From the IMG/VR virus record IMGVR_UViG_3300044568_003163, positions 1-64,000 of that record: 64,000 bases of DNA; one strand, 5' to 3'. A program made the position numbers and the translations under genes. Below are positions 35,072 through 43,034 of the stretch, piece after piece. Every line of letters begins with the position of its first letter. Within the stretch, counting starts at the first letter, position 1. Under the pieces are notes generated by a model. The model saw nothing but the letters and a program-made list of their open reading frames with translations, had not been told where the DNA came from and searched no databases.

Positions 35072-35104
35072 ATAATAGTTTTAGTTCTTTTATATATCCA
35101 ACAA

Positions 35105-35665
35105 TTACATGTTGGCGTCTAGAACTTTTTTGAATGATTTAGCATCAGTAACTTCTTCTCCGTGCAATTCAATAGTTTCTCTATCCAAATTGATGTAGAT
35201 TTCTGAACCTTGATATTTCATATCTAAGATAATAGTGCTGTAGTTTTTTCCAATAGCTGTACCACCACTAATTCTTTTGCCTGCCTTTTCTGCCCATGTA
35301 GCAGCCTTTTTAACTAATGCAGTTGCATAGGAACCTTTACGTTTAGCAAATTCCATGATATTAGAAGGTACAGATGCAGCTTCATTAATTACAGATTCTT
35401 CTACTTTAAAAGTTTTGTTTCCTACTTTAACGGTTTTACCTATCAGATCATCAACACCATAAGGTTTTCCTAATTTGTCTTCGAAAGTTTGATCGTCTGA
35501 CCAATCATCAGGAGTTTGTAAAAGTTTTGCAATCACATCGGCTTTAGAAGACGATTCAGTTCTACCCCAGTTGTCGATAACCTCAGAGTAATAAACTATT
35601 TCGATTGCTCCTTCATTAACTGAAGATTCGTTAATGAATTCGTTGAATGTTTGTAAGTTTTTCAT
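35105..35665 (-). CDS. Putative internal head protein, two domains separated by an xNE site
   Basis: MKNLQTFNEFINESSVNE N-terminus; internal VEESVINE. Confidence 0.65.
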   Translation of the reverse strand: MKNLQTFNEFINESSVNEGAIEIVYYSEVIDNWGRTESSSKADVIAKLLQTPDDWSDDQTFEDKLGKPYGVDDLIGKTVKVGNKTFKVEESVINEAASVPSNIMEFAKRKGSYATALVKKAATWAEKAGKRISGGTAIGKNYSTIILDMKYQGSEIYINLDRETIELHGEEVTDAKSFKKVLDANM

Positions 35666-36054
35666 TATTGATCGATGAATTCTCCATTTAGGAATCTAAG
35701 TAGAATTTTATCAGTGGGTTGTACATTTAAGTTTCCGTTGATAAAAATCTCATAAGAATCATCAGCATATTTGCCGATGCCATAAAGCTCATTGGCTTTA
35801 GAGAATTTTTTATTTATATATTCATATGAGAACTTAATAATTCGCTGAGTTCTGACGTTATAAAATCCTAGAGTTCGGATATGTTCTCGGATTTCATTTT
35901 CATCGGCATTAAGAACCGATTGTGGACTAGGCCATTTGTCAAAAAATGAGTAAATTACCTTTCTAACATTTTTGTTGCCTGTTTGATTTAACATAATGCA
36001 ACCAATAAGCATTTTCCAGGGATCGTGTTGAAATTCTTGTTGAATAATTGCCAT
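35665..36054 (-). CDS. MBD4-like HhH-GPD DNA glycosylase
   Basis: DPWKMLIGCIMLNQT, LGFYNVR, HhH LYGIGKYADDSYEIF, and PTDK Asp at the MBD4 catalytic position. Confidence 0.85.
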   Translation of the reverse strand: MAIIQQEFQHDPWKMLIGCIMLNQTGNKNVRKVIYSFFDKWPSPQSVLNADENEIREHIRTLGFYNVRTQRIIKFSYEYINKKFSKANELYGIGKYADDSYEIFINGNLNVQPTDKILLRFLNGEFIDQ

Positions 36055-36061
36055 ATCTATT

Positions 36062-36700
36062 TTATGCTGATTTTTTTAATTTGATTTTCTTTTCAGGTAC
36101 CGGATTAGGTACATATTGAGAAACTGCTGAATTTACAAACTCCGAAGTCCACCATTCAGGTTGATTATTTAATTTGTTCCAGGAGACATTCATGTACGTC
36201 GTCTTGAACGCATAGTATTTTTTATAAGATATTACAGCATCACTAGATTGATAACAGATTGGCATCGCAGTGGCAAAAGGAGTAAGGCCTTTTGATATAA
36301 TGTTTGGTGGATTTAATTTCATCCAATCAATAATTAATTTAACCGAGTGTGGATTGTTTTTCCATCGATTAAGAAATTCTTGACAAAGTTCTTCTGTGCA
36401 TTCAATTAGCCAATTGAAATTTTCTTTAGATTCTCGAGTCCATATAGTGCATGGATGATTAACGTGACTGATTGCATATGGATGATCTGTGCCATCTGGA
36501 TGCTTTCTAGGCCAGCCTTTAAATATTTTACTAACTGCATCTTGATTTTCTGCAATTTCTTTCTTTTTGGAAATTCCTAACGTATGATAGTATGCAGCTG
36601 CTAACATTTGTGTGTGTTCGATTATCATTTTTGAAATGTGTTTATCGCAATGCATCTGTGCCGCAATTCTAGGATTTTCATCCAATACAAATATGTTCAT
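36062..36700 (-). CDS. Pyrimidine-dimer DNA glycosylase family protein
   Basis: MNIFVLD...HCDKHISKMIIEHTQML...HVNHPCTIWTRES...NFNWL. Start moved to ATG 36700, just downstream of a promoter cassette. Confidence 0.8.
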   Translation of the reverse strand: MNIFVLDENPRIAAQMHCDKHISKMIIEHTQMLAAAYYHTLGISKKKEIAENQDAVSKIFKGWPRKHPDGTDHPYAISHVNHPCTIWTRESKENFNWLIECTEELCQEFLNRWKNNPHSVKLIIDWMKLNPPNIISKGLTPFATAMPICYQSSDAVISYKKYYAFKTTYMNVSWNKLNNQPEWWTSEFVNSAVSQYVPNPVPEKKIKLKKSA

Positions 36701-36719
36701 TGTAGTTAATTTATTTAAA

Positions 36720-36777
36720 GTAAAAATAATCAAATTAATTGACAAGAAAAAATAAAGTGAGTAGAAGTTATTAACAA
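36720..36777 (-). promoter_or_regulatory. Early promoter cassette 2
   Basis: TGTTAATAA (36776-36768), 39 nt, TTGAT-TATTTTTAC. Confidence 0.65.
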
Positions 36778-36800
36778 AAAAGGAACTCAATAGAGTTCCT
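36776..36800 (-). terminator. Intrinsic terminator
   Basis: AGGAACTC-tatt-GAGTTCCT plus TTTTT running into cassette 2. Confidence 0.8.
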
Positions 36801-36829
36801 TAATGTGTGCTTCGATTTGTGTTTGTTAT

Positions 36830-37198
36830 TTAGCTATTTAGCTGTTGGTATTCTCCGGTTGTATCATTTACTTTAGCCAATGAATCAGCATAAAATTTTT
36901 GATATAATTTATCGAATCTTCTATCTATCTCAGATTTGAGATTGTCGATATTATTTTCTGTCGCTAAAGTATATTCTTCGATTCGTCTTCCTCGTTCATC
37001 GATATTAGATATTAAGCTTTCTTCAACTTCATCAATTTTACGTTGAGTGTCGTCGTGTAAGTGGTGCAAATCTAAAATTTGCTTTTCGTGAGTTATGTCG
37101 TTTTTTTGTGCCTTACGTATTCCTCTAACCATCCATATTTGCAGAATGACCAAAAGAGTTGCTAGTACGCTCAACACCGATATTAAAATTGGTTCCAT
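36830..37198 (-). CDS. Membrane-anchored coiled-coil protein
   Basis: N-terminal hydrophobic helix (ILISVLSVLATLLVILQIWMV) followed by heptad-rich sequence. Confidence 0.65.
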   Translation of the reverse strand: MEPILISVLSVLATLLVILQIWMVRGIRKAQKNDITHEKQILDLHHLHDDTQRKIDEVEESLISNIDERGRRIEEYTLATENNIDNLKSEIDRRFDKLYQKFYADSLAKVNDTTGEYQQLNS

Positions 37199-37233
37199 GT
37201 GTTTGTGTTTTATTTTTAAATCGAAGCACCAAT

Positions 37234-38379
37234 TTATTTTTTATTCATTTCAAAATCGATCATTTGTTTGATGGTTTCGTGTAATGATATTGTAATTCCT
37301 TTCCATTCTGGATAATCAGTTTTAAATTTAGTCAAATCTGAAATATACCAAATATGGTCACCAATTCGATTGTCTTCTAGAACTGTGAAGTCGTTCCAAT
37401 CTTTATGTTCTGGATTTATTTCTCTTAAGATAGAATTTGCCGAATCGATTGCTTCTAGAATCGAAGTTGAATTTTCTCTACCACCACCTGCATTATAGAC
37501 TGCACCAGGTATAGGGTTGTTATGATATTCTAAGAACATACTTACTAAGTCATCGGAATGGATATTATCTCTAACTTGTTTTCCTTTATAACCAAAGATG
37601 TTGTAATGTTTGTTGTTGACAATACACTTAATCAAATAAGCAAGAAATCCATGAAGTTCTGCACCTTGATGATTTGGTCCGGTTAAACAACCACCTCGAA
37701 ATACAACCGTATTCATACCAAAATATCTGCCATATTCTTGAACCATAATATCAGCAGCTACTTTAGAAGCACCAAAGATTGAATGTTTTGTATGGTCAAT
37801 CGACATAGTTTCGTCTACTTCTATTTGACGAGCAGATAGATTCGAAAGAGCTTCATAACGAGTTTCTTGTTCAACGATGTTTAATCGATTAGGAGTATCA
37901 CCATAAACTTTATTAGTTGATGTGAATATGAATGTAGCAGTTGGACAATATAAACGAGTAAGTTCTAACAGGTTCATTGTACCTATTGCATTTACTGAGA
38001 AGTCAGTCAAAGGTTCTTTTGCTGCCCAATCATGTGAAGGTTGTGCTGCAGTATGTACGATCATTTGAATATCATAAACTTCATGAGATTTGCCGAATAT
38101 TGTAAGTTCGCTATCTTCTAAAGTAAGGCCTTTGAAAATTGTTTCTAATGTTGCATAATCTCGAATATCGATAGACAATGGATTAAAGTTTGTTCCATAA
38201 TCTAATTTCATTTTATTTTCTGATTCTTTCGTAGAAGCATCTTCACCAAAGAAATAAGCTCGCATATCATTATCGATACCAACAACATAATAACCTTCAT
38301 TAATAAGACGTTTAACAGTTTGAGAACCTATCAAACCTGAAGATCCTGTAACAATTGCAGTTTTAACTTTATTTTGCAT
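37234..38379 (-). CDS. NAD-dependent NDP-sugar epimerase/dehydratase (CDP-tyvelose 2-epimerase-like extended SDR)
   Basis: VTGSSGLIG, HTAAQPSHD, FTSTNKVYGD, SIFGASKVAAD (catalytic Tyr position is Phe), FRGGCLTGPNHQGAELHGFL, GYKGKQVRDNIH, RIGDHIWYISD. Confidence 0.85.
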   Translation of the reverse strand: MQNKVKTAIVTGSSGLIGSQTVKRLINEGYYVVGIDNDMRAYFFGEDASTKESENKMKLDYGTNFNPLSIDIRDYATLETIFKGLTLEDSELTIFGKSHEVYDIQMIVHTAAQPSHDWAAKEPLTDFSVNAIGTMNLLELTRLYCPTATFIFTSTNKVYGDTPNRLNIVEQETRYEALSNLSARQIEVDETMSIDHTKHSIFGASKVAADIMVQEYGRYFGMNTVVFRGGCLTGPNHQGAELHGFLAYLIKCIVNNKHYNIFGYKGKQVRDNIHSDDLVSMFLEYHNNPIPGAVYNAGGGRENSTSILEAIDSANSILREINPEHKDWNDFTVLEDNRIGDHIWYISDLTKFKTDYPEWKGITISLHETIKQMIDFEMNKK

Positions 38380-38941
38380 TTTTTATAATTGAGTTTTTAA
38401 TTAAGAGTTTTTCGATTTCTACTATTGATTGTTCAATAGATTTTACAGATGAATCAATTTCGATAAATCGATTTTTCCATTTACCAGAATCCGAATGATT
38501 TTTGTAATAGTCATAATACCAATCGAACGAATCTTTTTGTTTAATAAAGTCGTTTTGAGAATAGATGATTCGATCTTTTGGTTTTCGTTCTACGTATTTT
38601 TCGTATGTAGTTGAAAGATAAATTATGGCAAAATTATTATCAAGGAGTAAATCACTTAATGAATCATCTTCTTTGATTAGAGATTTTCTTTCAAAGAATT
38701 TTGAGTAAACTAATTCAGAAAGAAAAGAACGATCTAAGATGAAAGTTTCTTCAGGAAATGCAGAGTACATCATATTAGCCATCACATGAATTCCGTGATA
38801 GAATTCATGTAAGTTTTCAATACATTCAGGCATTTTGTCTTTTACTGACATTTGACGGAATCCGTATTTTTTAGAAAGTATTTCTGCAATCGAAGATTTT
38901 CCTGTTCGAGAAAGTCCTTCAAGTATAATTAGTTTTGCCAT
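38369..38941 (-). CDS. dNMP (thymidylate-kinase-like) kinase
   Basis: IILEGLSRTGKSS P-loop and ILDRSFLSELVYS motif. Confidence 0.8.
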   Translation of the reverse strand: MAKLIILEGLSRTGKSSIAEILSKKYGFRQMSVKDKMPECIENLHEFYHGIHVMANMMYSAFPEETFILDRSFLSELVYSKFFERKSLIKEDDSLSDLLLDNNFAIIYLSTTYEKYVERKPKDRIIYSQNDFIKQKDSFDWYYDYYKNHSDSGKWKNRFIEIDSSVKSIEQSIVEIEKLLIKNSIIKNAK

Positions 38942-38963
38942 AATTGTTATATGATGAAATCGA

Positions 38964-40253
38964 TTATTTGGTTAAGCAAGTGCGAATATCATTTACAATT
39001 CTATCACATGCAGACTCATATGATTCGTGGTCATATCCTACTTTGTGACATAATTCTCGCATTTGAGTTTCGCCGATAGTGCCAATCGTATGTAATGCAG
39101 TTCTTAATTGATATGCAACATCTTTTACGTCGGGTTTGTGAGTATTAACAGAATCAATTTTCGTGAAGTAAGGATATTCAGCATGACCAGCTTTTATCAT
39201 TTTGTGCAGGTAGTTATTTACTCGAGGAAATACTAAAATGTTTTTTGCCATCATAGCTTCGCAATGAGTTACACCACCATGAACTTCAGTAACAAATAAA
39301 TTACAAGCAATATGGGTTTTGTTGATAAACCTTAAATAATCTTCTCGAGTAAATTTTTCGTTATTTGGCATTACTTCGACGTGACCTTTTGATAAATCAT
39401 TAATCAATTGTAATTGTTCATCAGTTACTTTACGAGTAGGATTTAACATTACAGCTCTGAAAGGTTTGTCGGTGATAGTAGATAAAATTCCAATTGCTTC
39501 GGCAAATGAATCGTAATTAGTGTAACGATTTGCAGTATCTGAAATTCGATTACCAAAGTAAATTGTAGGAATTTCAAATTTTTCATCGTTATGGTATTTT
39601 GCAATTTCTGCATAATGAGCACCTACACCCCATACTGACTGAGGAGCAAGTATTTCTCGAGTTTTAAATAGAATATCATAAGCTTCCATTGCTTCTACTC
39701 TACCAGCTTCACATTGAAATGCAGCAATATCAGATGCAATAAAAGATTCCATTTGTCTTTCGTAATAACGAATTTTCTGCGGAACTTTATTTGCAATAGG
39801 AGAATCTAAGAAATAATTTGTAGAAATGATTTTCACTTCTTTGTTTCCAATAGTTTCAAATGCAACTCGCCAATTTTTTGTTAATGTGTTTTCGTCATTA
39901 ATCATTACATCGACATGAGGAAATCTTACAAGATTTGTTTGATGGTAATCGAAGTTGAAATTGTAACGAGAGGTCACAGGAGAAATAGGAATAATGTCTT
40001 CGTAAATTTGAATTGATGAATGATATTTCTCATCAAATAATTCGTAAATGTCGATCACATCATCGCAATGACCTGCAGGTGGTAATTTTACAATGAAATG
40101 GAATTCGTTAGGATTTTGTTCTAATATGGTTGAAATTATACCAACCGCAATATTAGTACATGCATCGTTTCTTAATAACCATTGAGGATAACCATTTCGA
40201 TTAGTGAAATTAGAAACTTGAATTGCATAAAAGATTGTTGTTTTTTTATTCAT
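38964..40253 (-). CDS. GT-B fold glycosyltransferase (GT4 / T4 alpha-gt-like)
   Basis: IYFGNRIS, REDYLRFI, TEVHGGVTHCEAM (GT4-like E...E motif). Start moved to ATG 40253. Confidence 0.65.
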   Translation of the reverse strand: MNKKTTIFYAIQVSNFTNRNGYPQWLLRNDACTNIAVGIISTILEQNPNEFHFIVKLPPAGHCDDVIDIYELFDEKYHSSIQIYEDIIPISPVTSRYNFNFDYHQTNLVRFPHVDVMINDENTLTKNWRVAFETIGNKEVKIISTNYFLDSPIANKVPQKIRYYERQMESFIASDIAAFQCEAGRVEAMEAYDILFKTREILAPQSVWGVGAHYAEIAKYHNDEKFEIPTIYFGNRISDTANRYTNYDSFAEAIGILSTITDKPFRAVMLNPTRKVTDEQLQLINDLSKGHVEVMPNNEKFTREDYLRFINKTHIACNLFVTEVHGGVTHCEAMMAKNILVFPRVNNYLHKMIKAGHAEYPYFTKIDSVNTHKPDVKDVAYQLRTALHTIGTIGETQMRELCHKVGYDHESYESACDRIVNDIRTCLTK

Positions 40254-40257
40254 TAAA

Positions 40258-40983
40258 TTACATTTTAGAATAGTTAATAGTAGAGTGTGGTAGGTTTTGT
40301 ATGTAATCAAAATCCTTTTTGAAAACGTGAGCAGAAACTACAGACGAAGAAAATTTACCTGGTTCAACTTCTAGTTTTTCTGCTAATTCGCAAGTAAATC
40401 GACCCCATAAGTACATATCAAGCTTAAGGACTTGTGCCATATTTTGAGATCGCATATGAACATGAACATTTAGCTTTTCATCTCGGATAAAGAAAGTAGC
40501 AGAATCGGTACATGGAAATTCTAAAGATTCGTTTTTATCTAAAAGATTAAGGTCATCTTTATCGAGAATCATAATGACTGCTCTTCGAGTATCAGGTTTA
40601 TCTCGCAATTCCTTTTCGATTGTAGGTAATTGTGATAAAATACGAGGACCATAGAAGGTATTGAAGTTTTCTGGAAGTTGGTCAGACTTTGGCTTTTCCA
40701 TAAACTTAGTGACGTTTGGATATTTGTCGATAATTTCGGTTGAGTCTGTGCAACCGTTCATCATCCAACGATAAAAGGTATCAGCATAATCATAGTCTAA
40801 TTTACCAATCAACTCGTTCGTAAATTGATAACTGGTTAAATCGAGTACATCATAACTCAATCCTGTAATTTCATGTACTTCACCAATGCGAGAAGTAGTT
40901 TGAAATTCAGGATTGTCTATAATATGCTGAGAAGTTTGTAAGAAAGCTTCTTCAAAAGTTTCAAATGTAGAATATTTGTGCAT
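40258..40983 (-). CDS. Thymidylate-synthase-fold enzyme with dCMP-type specificity residue (dCMP hydroxymethylase-like)
   Basis: YGPRI, PDTRRAVI, FPCT (catalytic Cys), HMRSQNMAQVLKLD with Asp at the E. coli TS Asn177-equivalent position, SAHVF. Confidence 0.8.
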   Translation of the reverse strand: MHKYSTFETFEEAFLQTSQHIIDNPEFQTTSRIGEVHEITGLSYDVLDLTSYQFTNELIGKLDYDYADTFYRWMMNGCTDSTEIIDKYPNVTKFMEKPKSDQLPENFNTFYGPRILSQLPTIEKELRDKPDTRRAVIMILDKDDLNLLDKNESLEFPCTDSATFFIRDEKLNVHVHMRSQNMAQVLKLDMYLWGRFTCELAEKLEVEPGKFSSSVVSAHVFKKDFDYIQNLPHSTINYSKM

Positions 40984-41015
40984 AAAAAATAGTTTTAAAT
41001 CTTATGCAAAATTTG

Positions 41016-41369
41016 CTATTTTGTATCAAGTAATTTTACTTTAGCAACACAAAGTTTTTCTTTGATTTTATCAGTTTTGATTTTACCAAATCTAGAGAAG
41101 ACCATTCGGGTCATATTAGGATTGATTCTATCCTTAATGATATTATCTAGTTCCTCACCTTTAATATTTGAATAAGTTCTCAATTCAAATCGATCTTCTT
41201 CAATGTGAGTTAACATAATTGAACCGTTCATAAAGAAAAGCCTTTTTGCAGTTTCGAAATCTTGCTTCAAAATGAAGTCGTTCATAAACTCGTTTTTCAT
41301 AGTCTTATTTAGTGTTAAGACTACCAATGATTCGTTAATGAACTCATCGTATTTTTTAAATGTGCTCAT
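41016..41369 (-). CDS. Putative internal head protein
   Basis: MSTFKKYDEFINES N-terminus. Confidence 0.55.
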   Translation of the reverse strand: MSTFKKYDEFINESLVVLTLNKTMKNEFMNDFILKQDFETAKRLFFMNGSIMLTHIEEDRFELRTYSNIKGEELDNIIKDRINPNMTRMVFSRFGKIKTDKIKEKLCVAKVKLLDTK

Positions 41370-41854
41370 TACTTATTTAATTTTACCTCTATGATATTTT
41401 TAGGTCCTTTAGAAATAGTGGCCTTAGGGAATTCATGTTTAATATATTTAGAATAGAGATTAAGTCTAGCTATGTTTGTAGTTTCTCCTTTCTTTTTTGC
41501 TGGTGTAAATACGAGAATATCTACTTCGGGATGTGTACTTAAGTCTTTCTTAATTACATCTACGACGGTTGCCATTACTTTAAATAGTTCTCCCTTATTT
41601 GTTACAATATCATCTCTTTCAATGTCTGGATCTTCATCATCCGGAACATAGAATCTCACAGATAAAACGTTGTTTGCACCTTCATAATCGTCTATGTCGT
41701 CGTATTGTAGTTCTACCGTATATGGATAGCTTGGTGTTTCAAATCCATATATTCTTGCATTGCCATAATCACCATAAAAATCAGGATGATATGCCTTTGA
41801 ACTGGAATCTCCTATTTCGTTTAAGAATTCGTCGTATGATGGTAAATTTTTCAC
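41369..41854 (-). CDS. Putative internal head protein (GTG start)
   Basis: MKNLPSYDEFLNE N-terminus; TNKGELFKVMATVVDVI domain. Confidence 0.6.
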   Translation of the reverse strand: MKNLPSYDEFLNEIGDSSSKAYHPDFYGDYGNARIYGFETPSYPYTVELQYDDIDDYEGANNVLSVRFYVPDDEDPDIERDDIVTNKGELFKVMATVVDVIKKDLSTHPEVDILVFTPAKKKGETTNIARLNLYSKYIKHEFPKATISKGPKNIIEVKLNK

Positions 41855-42216
41855 TAGTCTTGTTTTGGTTTTTCGCCTTTACCTTTTAACCAATCGGCAA
41901 CATCAGAATCCGTAGTTTCGTATCCTTTAGTTTTTCTAATGAAAGCATTTAAACGAGCATAACCCCATGCAGTATATGCTGCAGGACCTCTACCAATTTT
42001 TTGAATGTTAGGATTAACAGCACCCCAATTAGTTTCAGCTGCACCATAACCTCTTTTAAAGAGCATAGTTAATGCATCTTCGATTTGAGCAGGAGATCCA
42101 CCAATAGCTTTTTTAGTTTTTGGATCGTTTGCAAGTTCCTTTATTCTATCATCTACTTTGCTATCTTCATTTAATGCAAAATCGACGAATTCGTCGTAAG
42201 TTATTAGATTTTTCAC
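41854..42216 (-). CDS. Putative internal head protein (GTG start)
   Basis: MKNLITYDEFVDFALNE N-terminus; RGYGAA...AWGYARLNAFI motif. Confidence 0.6.
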   Translation of the reverse strand: MKNLITYDEFVDFALNEDSKVDDRIKELANDPKTKKAIGGSPAQIEDALTMLFKRGYGAAETNWGAVNPNIQKIGRGPAAYTAWGYARLNAFIRKTKGYETTDSDVADWLKGKGEKPKQD

Positions 42217-42224
42217 TTATTGAA

Positions 42225-43034
42225 TTATTTTGGTGTCCAAATCTTTTGAACTTTTTTATTTATATATTCAATGAGTTCGCTGAAATTAGGATCTAACGCC
42301 TGAGAGTCGAATGATTCTTTATTTGTAGAAAACGAAATCTTACCGTAAACTTCTCGAGTATCTAAATATTGAGATATTCCAGCTTTTCGCAAAGAATCTG
42401 AAAATATAACATACTCATATCTACCAGAATTATCGTCATATATAATATTAGGTAAAACTTCGTTCTTAACAAAGTATGTACAATGTACTACTGGAACTTG
42501 GATTAGTCCTTTATATTTTTGATATAATAATGTAGAGTACATATCATCATTTTCGAAATATCCATTGGTATCTATTGATGAATGGAAATTTGAGTACATA
42601 GAGTTAGAATCTACTGAATGCAATAAAGGTGCTACTACTGGTAAATTAGTGGCCATTAGAGAATTGATAGTATGAGGTTTGATTATATTATCACAATCTG
42701 CGATAAAATAATCTGCCTTTTCGCTCATGGCAAATTGAATAGAGTCTTGTCTAATTGCTCCTAATATTTTAAATCGATGAGTATTCCAATCGTGATTTTC
42801 TACTAACTTTAGGCTTTCATCTATCGATGAATCATCAAATACCATTTTCCATTTCCATTTCCACTTATTGTACCAATCAAATAAAACATTAGCAGTATCG
42901 TCGTTATTGTCGTTTGTTCGAATATAAAATACCGAGTCCCATCCAAGAGCAGTCTGAGCTAACATACTATCTAAATACAATGGTAGTATATGGGCTTTTG
43001 ATTTTGCGATAATAGGAATTACTAATCTACTCAT
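42225..43034 (-). CDS. GT-A glycosyltransferase resembling the N-terminal domain of procollagen galactosyltransferase COLGALT1
   Basis: IIAKSKAHILPLYL, IRTNDNNDDTANVLFDW, IRQDSI, ADYFIADCDNII (DxD), LPVVAPLL, YSNFH, GYF, VPVVHCTYFV occur in the same order as recalled COLGALT1 motifs. Confidence 0.75.
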   Translation of the reverse strand: MSRLVIPIIAKSKAHILPLYLDSMLAQTALGWDSVFYIRTNDNNDDTANVLFDWYNKWKWKWKMVFDDSSIDESLKLVENHDWNTHRFKILGAIRQDSIQFAMSEKADYFIADCDNIIKPHTINSLMATNLPVVAPLLHSVDSNSMYSNFHSSIDTNGYFENDDMYSTLLYQKYKGLIQVPVVHCTYFVKNEVLPNIIYDDNSGRYEYVIFSDSLRKAGISQYLDTREVYGKISFSTNKESFDSQALDPNFSELIEYINKKVQKIWTPK

